Assembly: GCA_947625115.1 (NCBI GenBank)
Contig: CANQND010000005.1
Location: forward strand, 1,891-65,890
Direction: 5' to 3'
Length of the DNA stretch: 64,000 bases
Source: an uncultured Clostridia bacterium
GTDB taxonomy: Bacteria > Bacillota > Clostridia > Christensenellales > CAG-314
Notes under the pieces: model-generated
Told to the model about the DNA's origin: nothing
The model's database searches: none
What the model saw: only the letters and a program-made list of their open reading frames with translations
Shown: positions 47,301 to 59,300 of the stretch, piece after piece
Position numbering within the stretch: the first letter of the stretch is position 1
Layout: each line of letters opens with the position of its first letter
Made by a program: the position numbers and the translations under genes

Positions 47301-50300
47301 GTTCCATCTCTCTTTGTAACCTCGATACTTCCGCTCACTTCTACGGTCAAAGATACGTCGCCGTGTCTGTCGGAAACCGTATAAGTGGCTTCATTATCCG
47401 TAGTCACCGTAACGTCCAACGCCGTGCCGCAATCGTGTTCGCACTCGAAGTGTGCAACCACACTGTTGGCGGCGTCGTACCAATTCCAGCCGCGGGTGCT
47501 ATCCGTGTAGTCGGTATCCAACACCCAACTGTGACCGCGAGGAGCTATTGTTTCCACGTGTTGAGAGGTTTGTTCTTCCGCGCTCACGTTGTACGCGTTT
47601 ACGTCGTCGTTGACGAGATTTACGCTTGCGGTGTAGGTGATTGTCCCATCGGAAACGCAATCGGGGTAGGTCTTTTCGCCCGCAACGACTTTGGCGTTTA
47701 CGTTCATTGTGTGTTCGCCGTCGTGTTCGCACACAAGGTGCAACACCGCGCTCCACTTGCCGTCGCCGTCTTGGCTCCAACTCCAACCGTTGTCGCTGTC
47801 GGCGTAGTCAACGTCCACTACCCAACTGTGTCCGAGTGCGTCGATGTGTTGCAACTGAACGGTGCTTTCCCACACAACGCCGTCAAATACGTCTTTTTCC
47901 GTAACATTGGGTTGCGTGCGAGCGACGCTTTCGGACAAGGTTCCCTTGTAGGTTGTGTAGCCGTCCTCGGTGCAGGTTACGTCTTGCTTGTTAAGCATTG
48001 ACGTTTCGGCTGTGAGCAGAAGCGTTTCGCCGCAGTCGCATTTGAGCGACAACGTTGCGCCGCTACCGTCCTCTTGCCAAGTCCAACCGTTTCCATTCAC
48101 GCTTGCGTCGGCATACCAATGGTGACCCGTGGCGGGGATAGCGATAACCTTATCCTCGCTGACAGCCGCAGGCGCAGGATCTCCCGCCTTGCTTACGGGC
48201 GGCGTTGCGGTAGCCGTGTAGGTCTGCTTGCCGTCCTCGGTGCAGGTGGCGGGTTGAATAACGTTGGTGACCGTTGCAACAACATCTTGTTTGTTGTGAC
48301 AGTTGCCGCACTCGAACGTAGCCGTAGCCGAGTAGCCGTCGGCTTCAATCTGCCAATTCCACACGGGTTCGCCCCAATTGTGACCCGTTGCGAGTACAAC
48401 GTTGAACGTGCGGCGTGCGGTCAGGCTTTCGTCGAGAATAAATACGAATGTGTCGCGGTCTGTCCGTTGCAAGAGTGCCACAATCGCTTCGCGAGTTACC
48501 GTTACCGTTGCCTCGTCCATCCCGTCGTTTTCGCAACCGACGGGAATGTTTACAATACTGCTTGTGGTGTAGGTGGAGTGTTGTTCGCCGCAGTTGTTGC
48601 AGATAAAGTGTACTGTGGCGCGAGTGAAGTCCTCGCTCCAAGTCCAACCGTCCCCGTCGGAATCTGCCGCGTCCGTAGTGTCGATACGCCAATCGTGTCC
48701 CGTGTAGGGTACGGTTACGACGTCGCTGGACGTGTAGGTGTGCTGAGTTTCGCCCTCGATGGTGTCGTTTACCGTAAACGGATCGCCTTGACTTTGAACG
48801 TAGATACGCACTATCGCGGTGTAAGTTACGTAAACGTCCCTTGTACATTCCGCAGAATATCTCGGGCTGTCCACCGTCGCGCTCAAAGCGTGTTCTGTAC
48901 CGCAAGTTTCGCAGACAATATGCACCTGCGCCGTGTGACCGCCATCGTGCGACCAAGTCCAGCCGTCCGTTCCCTTGCTTGTATCCAAAACCCAAGTGTG
49001 ACCGAATGCGGGTACGATAGCTGTTTTTTCACTGTAATTTCTAACGCCGGGTTCGTAGCTGAACGTAGTCGAGCCGTAAGTGGCGGTTGCTGTAAAGTAG
49101 ATTTCTCCGTCCGTCGTACACGTTGCGTCCGTCTTGGTGTGCGCCGTCAACACGATTCCGCCAACGCCGCTTTCTCCCGCCATCTTGATGACGTCTTTGA
49201 TTGCGTTGTTGGACTCTTGCATTATGCCGAGTTCCACTTCGTAAGTGTTGCCTTTCTTAGTCCAACGCCAACCGCTTCCCTCGTCGCCGTAGTTCGTGTC
49301 TACGATCCACACGCGCGAAGAAATTTCAACGTTTTCAAATGTTTGCACCGCCTGACCGTCGGCAAGTTCGTAATCCGCAACGCTTGCGCCATACAAAGTT
49401 ACGTTGACGGTTACAACGTGATCTTTTCTAATGTCAGGCTCGTCGAACACGCCCGACGCAAGAACGTTGAGGCTGTCCGTGCCGTACAAACCGAGTTCGT
49501 TTACCGCAAGTTCGGCTTTGTTCTCGATTTCAAACTTGACTCCACTTATATCCACAGTGGCTATTATGTTGTTGTCGAACTCTTTGTTCAGAACTTTGAT
49601 ACCGACAACTTTCACTTTGGCTTTGTTGATGGTAAAGCTGAATTCCGTGTTGACCAACTTGTAGTTTGCGGCAAATTCGGGATCCAATTCGTCTGCGACT
49701 ACCTTGTACACGCCTGCGTGCAAAGCCGTCGTCAAATCGTAAGGAGCGTCATTGAAAGTTGTGATCTTGAAGCCAAGCGTATTCTTGTCGCCGCCAACAT
49801 CTTCCCAACTTGCATGTATGCTACCCAATTGATCGGTGCCGTTGTAAACGAGCGATCCTCCGTCTATTGTCCATTCCACGCTGACTTCTTTGGACGTTAT
49901 TTCGCTTGCTACGGTTACAACGTACACGTTCTGTCCGTCATATTCGCCCGTATCGAGATTGGCGTCGCCGCCCAACCTGTAATTTACGCCCAACTTGATG
50001 TAGACATCGACGTTCTGTCTGCCTACCGCCACGCCCTTGAATACGGCTTTTATTACCGTTTCGAGATCGCCGTCAAACAAGCCCGAGCGTCCGCTTATGC
50101 TAACGTTGTTGTTTTCGCACAAGTCCGTACCGTCGTACACCTTGGACAGTACCGCTACCGTCAAGGTAACTTCGGCTTGATTGATCGTGTAGTTGTGAGT
50201 GGTTGCCTCCACAAATGCGTAGTTGCTGTTAAAAGCCACTTCGCCGCCCCCAGCCAAGTATTCGATGTACCCGCTTTCATCGGCAAGTTTGAATGTGTAC

Positions 50301-53300
50301 GTACCCGCGTCCACAAACGCCTTTGTTGCGGTTCCGTCTTGATCGTACGTAGCCACTTTCAGATACACCGTTCTGCTACCGTCGTTGTCGATGGTCGTGT
50401 AGTACGCCAATTTCGTCAAGTCGAAGTTGGGGGTTTGCCCTCTGTACGTAAATTCTTGGTCGTTCCAATGCAACTCAACTTGTTTAGGCAAGATTTTTCC
50501 CGCTGTCTTGTTGGGGTCTGTCCATTTGGTGGTTACCTTTGTGCCACCGTTGTCCACAAGCGTGTAGTTGCCCGCGTCTGCCCCCGTCAACGTGTAGGTT
50601 ACGGTTATGTTGTTCGCCGTTGCAACGTTTTTGGTGTTGTACTCGCCCGTAACGTCGAGAGATACCTCGTCGTCGTGAATTATGCCCGAAAGAACAGCTT
50701 TTCTTATTGCTTCGAGATTGTTCGGAGTGGCATTTTGTGTTCCGTCGTACTTTCTGTCGGTAAACGTTGCTTTGGTGCCTATTTCGAGGACAATGGGGGT
50801 TACGTCGGCACTTGCCACCAACGACGTATCTTCAAAGTAGTAGTTCTTGCTTGCCCCCTCGTGCTTTACCTCATCCTTGACAATAGCATAAGTGAAGAAC
50901 ACCGTTACAGACTTGTTTTGTCCGACGTTCTTGCTGTCGAAGTGCGCTTCGATACCCGTAAGGTCGACTGTAAGGTAACCATCTTCGCCTTGAATGAAGC
51001 CGTTGAGCTTAATTTCTATATCCGCTATGTCGTCGCCGTTGTACTCTTTGTCGCTTGCCGCCATAGACGGAGTGAGAGTTCTGCGCGTGATCGTTGCGCT
51101 GACCGGATCGCCCGTGTAGGGATTTTCAACGTCCAGCTCGTAGTTGCCCGAATCGCTGCCAAACAACACAAAGGTCAATTCCAAACGATCTGCCGCGTCG
51201 GATTTTTGTCCCTTGTAAGTGTAGGGAGCCACTGCCGCACCGCTGTACAGCACGTTCGCGCTTGCAAAACGTGCGGTTACCGTTACTTTTACGTCGTCAC
51301 TGCCAACAAGCCCGCTGAGGTTTGTTAATCCCGTTACTGCCGTAACATCGGTGTTTGTGTACTTTACAAGAGCCGTCGTGTTGCCGTCGTAAACTTTGTC
51401 CTCTACCGTAAAGCCGCCTTTTATGGTCAACGTCGCTTTGGTGATCTCGGCGGTTGTGGTTACCACGTACACGTTCCGTCCGTCATATTCGCCCTCGGCA
51501 GGGTTGGCGTCGCCGCCTAATCTGTAATTCGCGCCCAACTCGATGTAGACTTCAACGTTCTGTCTGCCGACAACAACGTTTTTGAATACTGCCTTTATTA
51601 CCGTTTCGAGATCGCCGTCAAACAAGCCCGATTTTCCGCTTACGACAACTTTGTTTTTGTCGCACGTATCCTTGCCGTCGTACACCTTGGACGGTACCGT
51701 TACTGTCAATGTAACTTCGGCTTGCTTGATCGTGTAGTTGTGGCTCAGCGTTCCTTGCAACTCGTAGTTGCTGTCCAAAGCTCCCGCCACGCTGTCGCTA
51801 TACTGTTGATATTTGCTGTCCGCTTGAACGAGCTTCAACATATATTCGCCCGCGTTGACAAAATCTGTTGCACTGCCGCCGTCTTTGTCGTAGGAAGCCA
51901 CTTGCAGATACACTCTCGCGCCGCCGTCGATGTCGATGGTCGTGTAGTACGCCAATTTCGTCAAATCGAACTTGTGGTCTTTGCCACTATACGTAAATTC
52001 TTGGTCGCTCCATTGAACGTTAACTTTCTTGGGCAAGATCTGTCCCGTTGTCTTTTCGGGATCTTCCCATTTGGTGGTTACCGTTGTGTTGTGGTTGTCC
52101 ACAAGCGTGTAGTTGCCTGCGTCTGCCCCCGTTAACGTGTAAGTTACGGTTATTTTGTCCGCCGTTGCCACGTCTTTGCTGTTGTAAACTCCCGTGACGT
52201 TGAGATTTACCGTGTCGCCGTCAATCTTTTTGGCAAGCACAGCTTCTCTTATTGCTTCGAGATTGTTCGGAGTGGCATTTTGCGTTCCGTCGTACTCTCT
52301 GTCGTCGGTAAACGTTGCTTTTACGCTTACGTCAAGTACAATGGGGGTTACGTTGGCACTTGCCACCAACGACGTAGCTTCAAAGTAGTAGTTTTTGCTT
52401 GCGCCCGCGTGTTCTGCCGCGTCCCCGACAACGGCGTACGTGATTTTCGCGGTAACGGTTTTGCTTTGTCCCACATTCTTGTTGTTGAAGTGAGCCACTA
52501 TATCCGAAGTATCCGTGGTGAGGTAGTTATCTTCGCCCGAAATGAAGCCGCTAAGCGTTACGTGTACTGTCGCGTCGTCTTTTCCGTTGTACGTCCTGCT
52601 ATCGGCGGTCATAGAAACGTTGAGCGTTCTGCGAGTGATTGTCGCGCTGACTGCTGTTTCGCCGCTGTACGGTTCCGCTGTAAGCACGTAGTTGCCCGAA
52701 TCGCTGCCGAACAACACAAACGTCAATTCCAAACGATCTGCCGCGTCGGATTTTTGTCCCTTGTAAGTGTAGGGAGCCACTGCCGCACCGCTGTACAGCA
52801 CGTTCGCGCTTGCAAAACGTGCGGTTACCGTTACTTTTACGTCGTCACTGCCAACAAGCCCGCTGAGGTTTGTTGATCCCGTTACCGCTGTCGATTTGTC
52901 GTCATCGTATTTTACAAGAGCCGTCGGGTTGCCGTCGTAAACTTTGTCCTCTACCGTAAAGCCGCCTTTTACCGTCAACTGTTTTCTGTCGATTGTGCCG
53001 AACACCGTAACAGAGCAAAGGTTGTCGCCCTTTACTCCCTCTACGGAGCCGCTAACAACTTCTCTGCTGCCGCTCAACGTGTAGTTGTCGGACGGAAGTC
53101 GAATATAAACGGTAACGTTGTGTCCGCCCGCCGTTACGCCGTCGAACACCGCTTTGAGCAATGTCGGAGTTTCTTCGTCGAACAAGCCCGCGAAGATAGA
53201 ACCCGTAACGTTGCCTATCGGGCACTCGTCTGTGCCGTTGTAAACTTTGCTCGTCACTTTCATTCCGCTGACGGTAATTGTCGCCTTGTTTATTGTGTAG

Positions 53301-56300
53301 TTGTGGGTGTTGTTTTCCAGCGTGTAGTTACTGCTGAAAGCCTCCGCCGCTCCGCTTTCGCCGTACTGTTGCGAACCCACTTCAAGAGTGTACTCGCCAT
53401 TGTTTACAAACGTGCTTGCGTCCCCTTTACCTTGAACATACACAACAAGATAAACTTGTTTGTTGTCTACCGTGAGGTAGTACGCCAACTTGGTGAGGTC
53501 GAAATTGGGCGTTTTTCCGCTATAAGTAAACGATTTGTCGGTCCAATGTACCGTCGCGCTCTTGGGGGTGATTTTTTGATCCGCAACGGTCGCTGTTGTA
53601 GTTTTGACGGAAACTCCGTTTTTGTTGTCGAATGTGTAGTTGTTCGCGTCTGCGCCGCCCATCGTGTAGGTAACGGTTATTTGCGACGCTTCGCTGACGT
53701 TCGCGCTGTTGTACACGCCGCTTGCCGAAAGGGTCACGTTGTCGCTTTCAACTATCTCGTCCACACCGAAAGAGCCGACAGAACTTACTATCGCGGCTGC
53801 GTTTCCATCGTAAACTTTTTCGCTGAAAGTTGCGCCGCTTGCGGTGACAAGTTTGGGAGTAATCGTTACAAGTGCAATTTGACTTGTGACGCTATCCCTA
53901 CCCCTGTTGTACCTGAACTGCACGCTGACTCCCGCGTCCTCGGTTCTCGTTGCGGAAAGATTGACGCGGTAACTGCCCACTTCCAAAAGTTTCGCCGTGC
54001 TACGACTTTCGCCTTGGAACGAAACGGTGACGTGCTTTTGCAACCAATCAACCGCTTGATCCGTGTCGTTTAAGGGGTGGTCCTTACTTGTGGTTGTGAT
54101 ATTGCAAGTTTTAACAAGTTCCCAGAACGCCGTTAACAAATCGCTGTCGGAAATTCCGTAAACTTTTGTAATAGCCGCTGCGCGCGATATATCGATGTAG
54201 ATACTCGTGTTGGAAACGGTAACCGTAAAGCTGCCGCTTAGCGGGTTGTGATCCGTTGCCGTCACGGTGTAGTAGACGGTGTAAGTTCCCACTTGGCTAA
54301 GTTTGTAGTTGCCGCCCTCATCTGCAACAACGCCCGTTACCGAAGTGATTTTTACCGTGGGGTTGAAAACATAGCCGCTAAACCTGTACGTTTTTTGCAA
54401 TTCCGACGAGAAATTGCTTGCGTCGGGCGTTTCCACTTTGTAATTATTGTCGGGGTCATACGAAGAAGATATGCTGTCCACACTGCCCACAATCGTAGCG
54501 GGAGTGATGGTATAGACAAATTCCGTGCCGTTGATGAGGTCGAAGTTGCCGTCGATTGCGGCGTTCAACGCAATCGTAAGCGTGTAGGTACCTGCGGCTT
54601 GAACTCTTGTTGTATCGTTAAATTTGCCGTCCGCGCTTGCGGTGAACTCAATTGTTACCGTGTAGTTGTCGTATGTGACTGTGGCTTTGTTTCCTACAAT
54701 CTTCCACGTGCCGCTTTCGTGTTCTCCCTTGGGGGTAACGCCGCCGCCCGTTGCAACAAAGTTTACGAGCAACGTGTGTTGAGTACCCGTGTAGCGGTTT
54801 GTATAGGTGTTGCCCGCGTAGGTGCTACCCGCTTGATATTTTGTTCCGTCATCGCTCCAATCTTGGATAGTAACGCCCAAGTTTGCGGCAACTTGCGCTT
54901 GCGTGATTTCGTATTCCTTTGTAATGTTATTCGTCGCGCCCGCGAACTCGAAGTCATTGGCGCAGAATCTACCCGCGTTGTCGGCTGAAACGTCCGTGCC
55001 TGTTGCGGTATCTTTGTTTTTCAAAGTTACAGTCACGTTGTACTTACCCGCATTTACGGGAGTGGAACTGTCGCCGTCCTTGTCGTAGGTAATTGTGTAA
55101 TCGTCCGCTTGCGGCAAAAGCGTGCGGTTGGCGAAGCCGTCGCTATTGAAAATCAAACCGCTGACGGGTTGTTCCTCGGCGTTGTACACAACGGAGGAGA
55201 AATCCGCAAGGGTGAGCGTTGCCTTGTTGATAGTAAAGGTAAATTTGGCGTTTCCTGTCAGTTGGAAATTGCCGTCGGTCACTGTCACCGTCACATTGTA
55301 CGTTCCTGCATGGACGGGGCCACCTTGACGGTTGGTAACCGTAGCAAAGTGCAAATCGCCCGACGCTTGGTGAACGTAGGTAACGGTGTAGTCGGTCAGG
55401 TCGGAGTTGTACCACACGGGGACGACATCATTGCCGTCTAAGTTGGTAAACGTAAACTCCATCATTTGATTGTAACCGTTGTAGGTTGTGCTTGCGTCGC
55501 CCTTTACTGCAACGGAAACCTTGGCAGGGTCGATATGGTACGTAATTGTGAGTGTACCCGTGTAGTCGTCAATACCCGTCACTGTTAATGTGACCTCTCC
55601 GACGTTCACGTCCGCCGTTGCCATATAAGTGTAGTTGGTGTCCTGCGTCAATTCGAGGTTGTCCGTCACCATTCCCTTGGCAATAACCACCTTTAACGTC
55701 GGCTTGGTGGAGTTGCCCGTGTAGGGAGTGTTGTCCAACGTGCCCTTGGAGTCATCGACTGTGGGGGTAACGTCGGCTACCTTGTTGTGCACAAAGTGCA
55801 AATCGTTCAGAGTGAGCAGGCGCGGCATTATCGTATAGGAAACGGTGCCGTCGCGATTGGGTTCTTGTACGCCGTCTACTCCCCACGTGTAACCGAAAAT
55901 GAAGTTTTGGTTGTTGAGAGTTACGGTTGCCACATAGGAGCCGACGTGAATACAATTTGCCGCCTCTACGCTCGTTTCCGATCCGCCTCTGGGGGTGTAC
56001 TTGTACGAAACGCTGAAATCAGCTGCAACGGGAAGAACGCTTTCGTTTACGGTGTTGATAAAGGAGAACGAGATCTCGTCGTTGCTTCCGCCAAACACGG
56101 GAACGTGCGCTTTGCCGTCAAAGTTGATAGAAGAACTCGACACCTGCATGCTTACGGTAGCGGGATCGATCGTGAAGTTGGCACTTACGCTGTTGCCGTC
56201 CGCTGTCACTGTGGTTCCGTCCGCGCTGACAAACTTGAAGTTAGGCACGTTGTTGGAGTTACTTGCCGCGCCATTAGCCAAGCTCACCGTAACGGTGTAC

Positions 56301-59300
56301 GTACCTGCATTTTTGGGGAAACCGCCGTCCAGCCCCGCACCGCCGTATGTTACCGTGTACTCGTCGGCAAGTACGCCTGCAAGCGCGCCTTTCAACACGG
56401 GAACAGCGTCGTTGTTGCGCTCGTTGTTGGCAAACACAATTGCCGCCGTTTGAGTTGCCGCATTGTACACGCCGTTTGCAAAGCCGTTGAGGACGATTTC
56501 CGCCGCCGTAATTTCAAAGTCGAATTCGCCGCCCTCCGTCCAAACAAAGTTGACGGGTTTGGACAAAGCGGCGATTTTTTCCTGTTGTTCGGGGGTCAAA
56601 TGTTCAGCGGTCAAAGCCGATTGATTTATCCAATCGTGAGCATTGACATTTATCTTGCCGAGATATTTTCCCGCGTCGGTAACTGCCGCAAGACCCGATT
56701 GCGCGCCGCACGAATAAGTTACGGAAAATTCGTTCTGATCCAAAGTGGGAACGACATTTGCGTCGCGGCTGTTTGTAAAGGAAAGATTTGCGTTGTGCGC
56801 AAGGCGATTGTAGGTTTCCGACGGATTGGTTACCTTTGCGGAAACTTCGGCGGGCTTGATCTCGAATGTGCCGCGCGCCAAATTGTTTGACGACACGCCG
56901 TAGTCCGCACCCTTGATGAGCGGGAACGCGTCGTTATCCGCTTGGAACTCGTAGTTTTCGTTGCTCAAAGCTATTGCAACGTAGTACACGTCGGCGTCTA
57001 CGGGGGCAATTTCCGTGTAGAGAGCTTTGAGGTCGTCCATCTTGTCTGCCTTGACGTTGCCTCTTTCGTCGAAGTAGCCCGTGCCGTCCTTGGCATAGGC
57101 AATAGCGTCGAACACGGCTTTGGACGTGTAGCCGTAGGTAACTTCCGCAATGGTAATGACGGGTTTGGTTACGCTTGAAACCGTTTCGCCGCGCACGGTA
57201 CGCAAAATGTCGCCGTAGACAGTGTAGTCCTCAACGTTTTCAAAGCTGAGTTGCAGTTGGTGCGCCGCTCTGTCGAAGTAGTAACCGCAATATGTTGTAT
57301 CGCTGTCCCCGTTGAAATCGTATCCCGTAAAGGACGAACTTACGTCGTGAGATACGTGAGATATTTTTATACGTGCAGGACGTATACGGAAAGACACAGA
57401 CAGAGAGCCTGTGTAGTTATTTTTGCCCGTCACCAACACTTGGGCAAAAGTCCAATGGTCGCCCGTGTTGGAAACAGTGTTGTTGTCCGCCCAATCGAGA
57501 GAGTAGTCGTCGCCGTCGAGTTGCTCTATGCGCGAACTCTCCTTGTCGCTCGTGGAACCTTGTACCCCGTAGTGGTAGTACGCCACCTTTACAAGCGGTC
57601 TGTAAACATAGCTGTTGCCGGCATAGGGGAATGTTGCAAGTTGAGAAACGGCTTCCGTCGTCTGTTGCGTAGAGGAATCTGCGCCGTATTGAACGGGAAT
57701 GTAACCCTGCGCGTCAACGTCATAGCCGTCAAGCGTTTTGCCTGCCGCAGTTTGCTGTATATCCGTGGCGAAAACGTTGTCCTCCGAAATATCTTTGGGG
57801 GTTATGTTGACGGAGAGAGAGCTTGTTGTGTTGACAACGAAATTGCCGTACTGACCGTCGGTATTAGCCGAGCCGTTGAAGCCCTGACTGCTGTAAAGCG
57901 GTCTTGCTCCCTTTTCCGCGGGCTTGCCGTTGTTGTCGTCAAACGCCACTATCCACACTACGCCCGCGTTGATAGCTAATTTAGCCGTGTTTTGGTGAGT
58001 AACCAACGTTGTGTCGTCGCTAAGCGAGGTAAGCGTACTCAACGCGTAGTTGCCCACGTCGGCGTTGCCCGTATCAAAGGTGTACACGCCACCGCCGAAC
58101 GTAACATTGTTGGAAAGGAACGCTTCGTCGCTGAACGTGTAGACTGCGTTAGAAATGGTATACTTGTTTTTGCCTACGCCCACTTCGGGTCCGACGTTAT
58201 CCAGGTTTACGGGTTTGCCGTCTTTAAGGATATTGAACGGGAACACAAAGCCCTCGGCGTGCGATGGGTAACCGGGGCGGGCTGCCCAAATGCCGCCCAC
58301 GCCGTAGCCGACTTTACCCGAGCGAATGTCGGGGTCCCTGCCCTCTTGCCACTCGCCCTCCCAAGGAACGTAGTCGTCCTCGCGCGAGGTGCCGTCGTAG
58401 GCGTAGCTGACGGTGAGGGAAAGCGTAACCGTTACGGGGTCGATTTCCCAAGTTATTTCGTAGTAAGTGCCGAAGTCGTCGCTGTTTGTGACGGTTGCGT
58501 CAAACGTGTAGTTGCCCGTTGCGCCCGTCAACACGCCGTTTTCTTTCCAAGCGGGTATGTAAATGCGAGCCACAAGTTTGGTGGGCTGTTTGTCCGCGCC
58601 GACGGTTACGTTTTTGTAGTCGAGAGTCTTTTTTTCAACATCGGCGGTTTCTTCATCGAAACCGTACTCTGCTATCTTGTACCTTACAACAAAGTCGAAA
58701 TTGTCGTTGTACTGCAACGCCGAGTTGGCGTAAATTTTTTTCGCCGCGGCGTTGAAATCGACCTTATTGCCGTCAACCTTTGCGGCGGAGCCGACAAGCT
58801 GACGAGCCACGCCTGCGTTGAAAGAAAGTTGCGGCAGTTGAAATTGTCCCAAACCGTTGTAGGTTACATGGCGCGAAACGGTAACGGACGTATTTGCCTC
58901 GGGGGCGGGCGTTTCGACGTCGAAATCGTAGGGAGTAACCACTGCGGGGTCCACCGTAAACTCAAACGCCCAAAAATAGGTTGTTTTGCCCGATGTGTCG
59001 CCGTTTGTTCTGTTGCTAAGCCCCACCAACTGTGCCGAATCTTGGTCGAACACGTAGTCGTAGTCGGTGTAGTCGGCGTCAAGGTCCAACGTGATGACGA
59101 CAACGTAGTGACGGGCATTTACGGGACCGCCGTCTACTCTGTGCAAGTAGTCCAGATTGTTGCCCGCGCTTTGCGTATCGAGAATGTAAACAAGGTACGC
59201 GTCGGTGTCGTAAGCGTATTCGCGCTTGTAGTCTTTGTCGAACTCCTCACGCTTGGCGGGGAACTCGTAGTTTTCAAAGGTGGTAAACTTTTCTCCGCCC

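Noticed and set aside
48296-48312. CGNCH as a c-type heme motif (multiheme nanowire idea)
   Set aside because: Only one CxxCH among ~20 CxxC repeats, and no cytochrome c maturation genes in the window.
44381-51328. Very long plus-strand ORFs (1206 aa, 1084 aa) opposite the giant gene
   Set aside because: Antisense shadows produced by codon bias; Arg/Val-rich, with no motifs or RBS. The same applies to 57992-60379.
49900-52975. Duplicated blocks as a DGR template/variable repeat pair or a CRISPR array
   Set aside because: Both copies are in frame within one ORF, differences are not adenine-specific, there is no reverse transcriptase, and no short repeat-spacer array was seen anywhere in the window.
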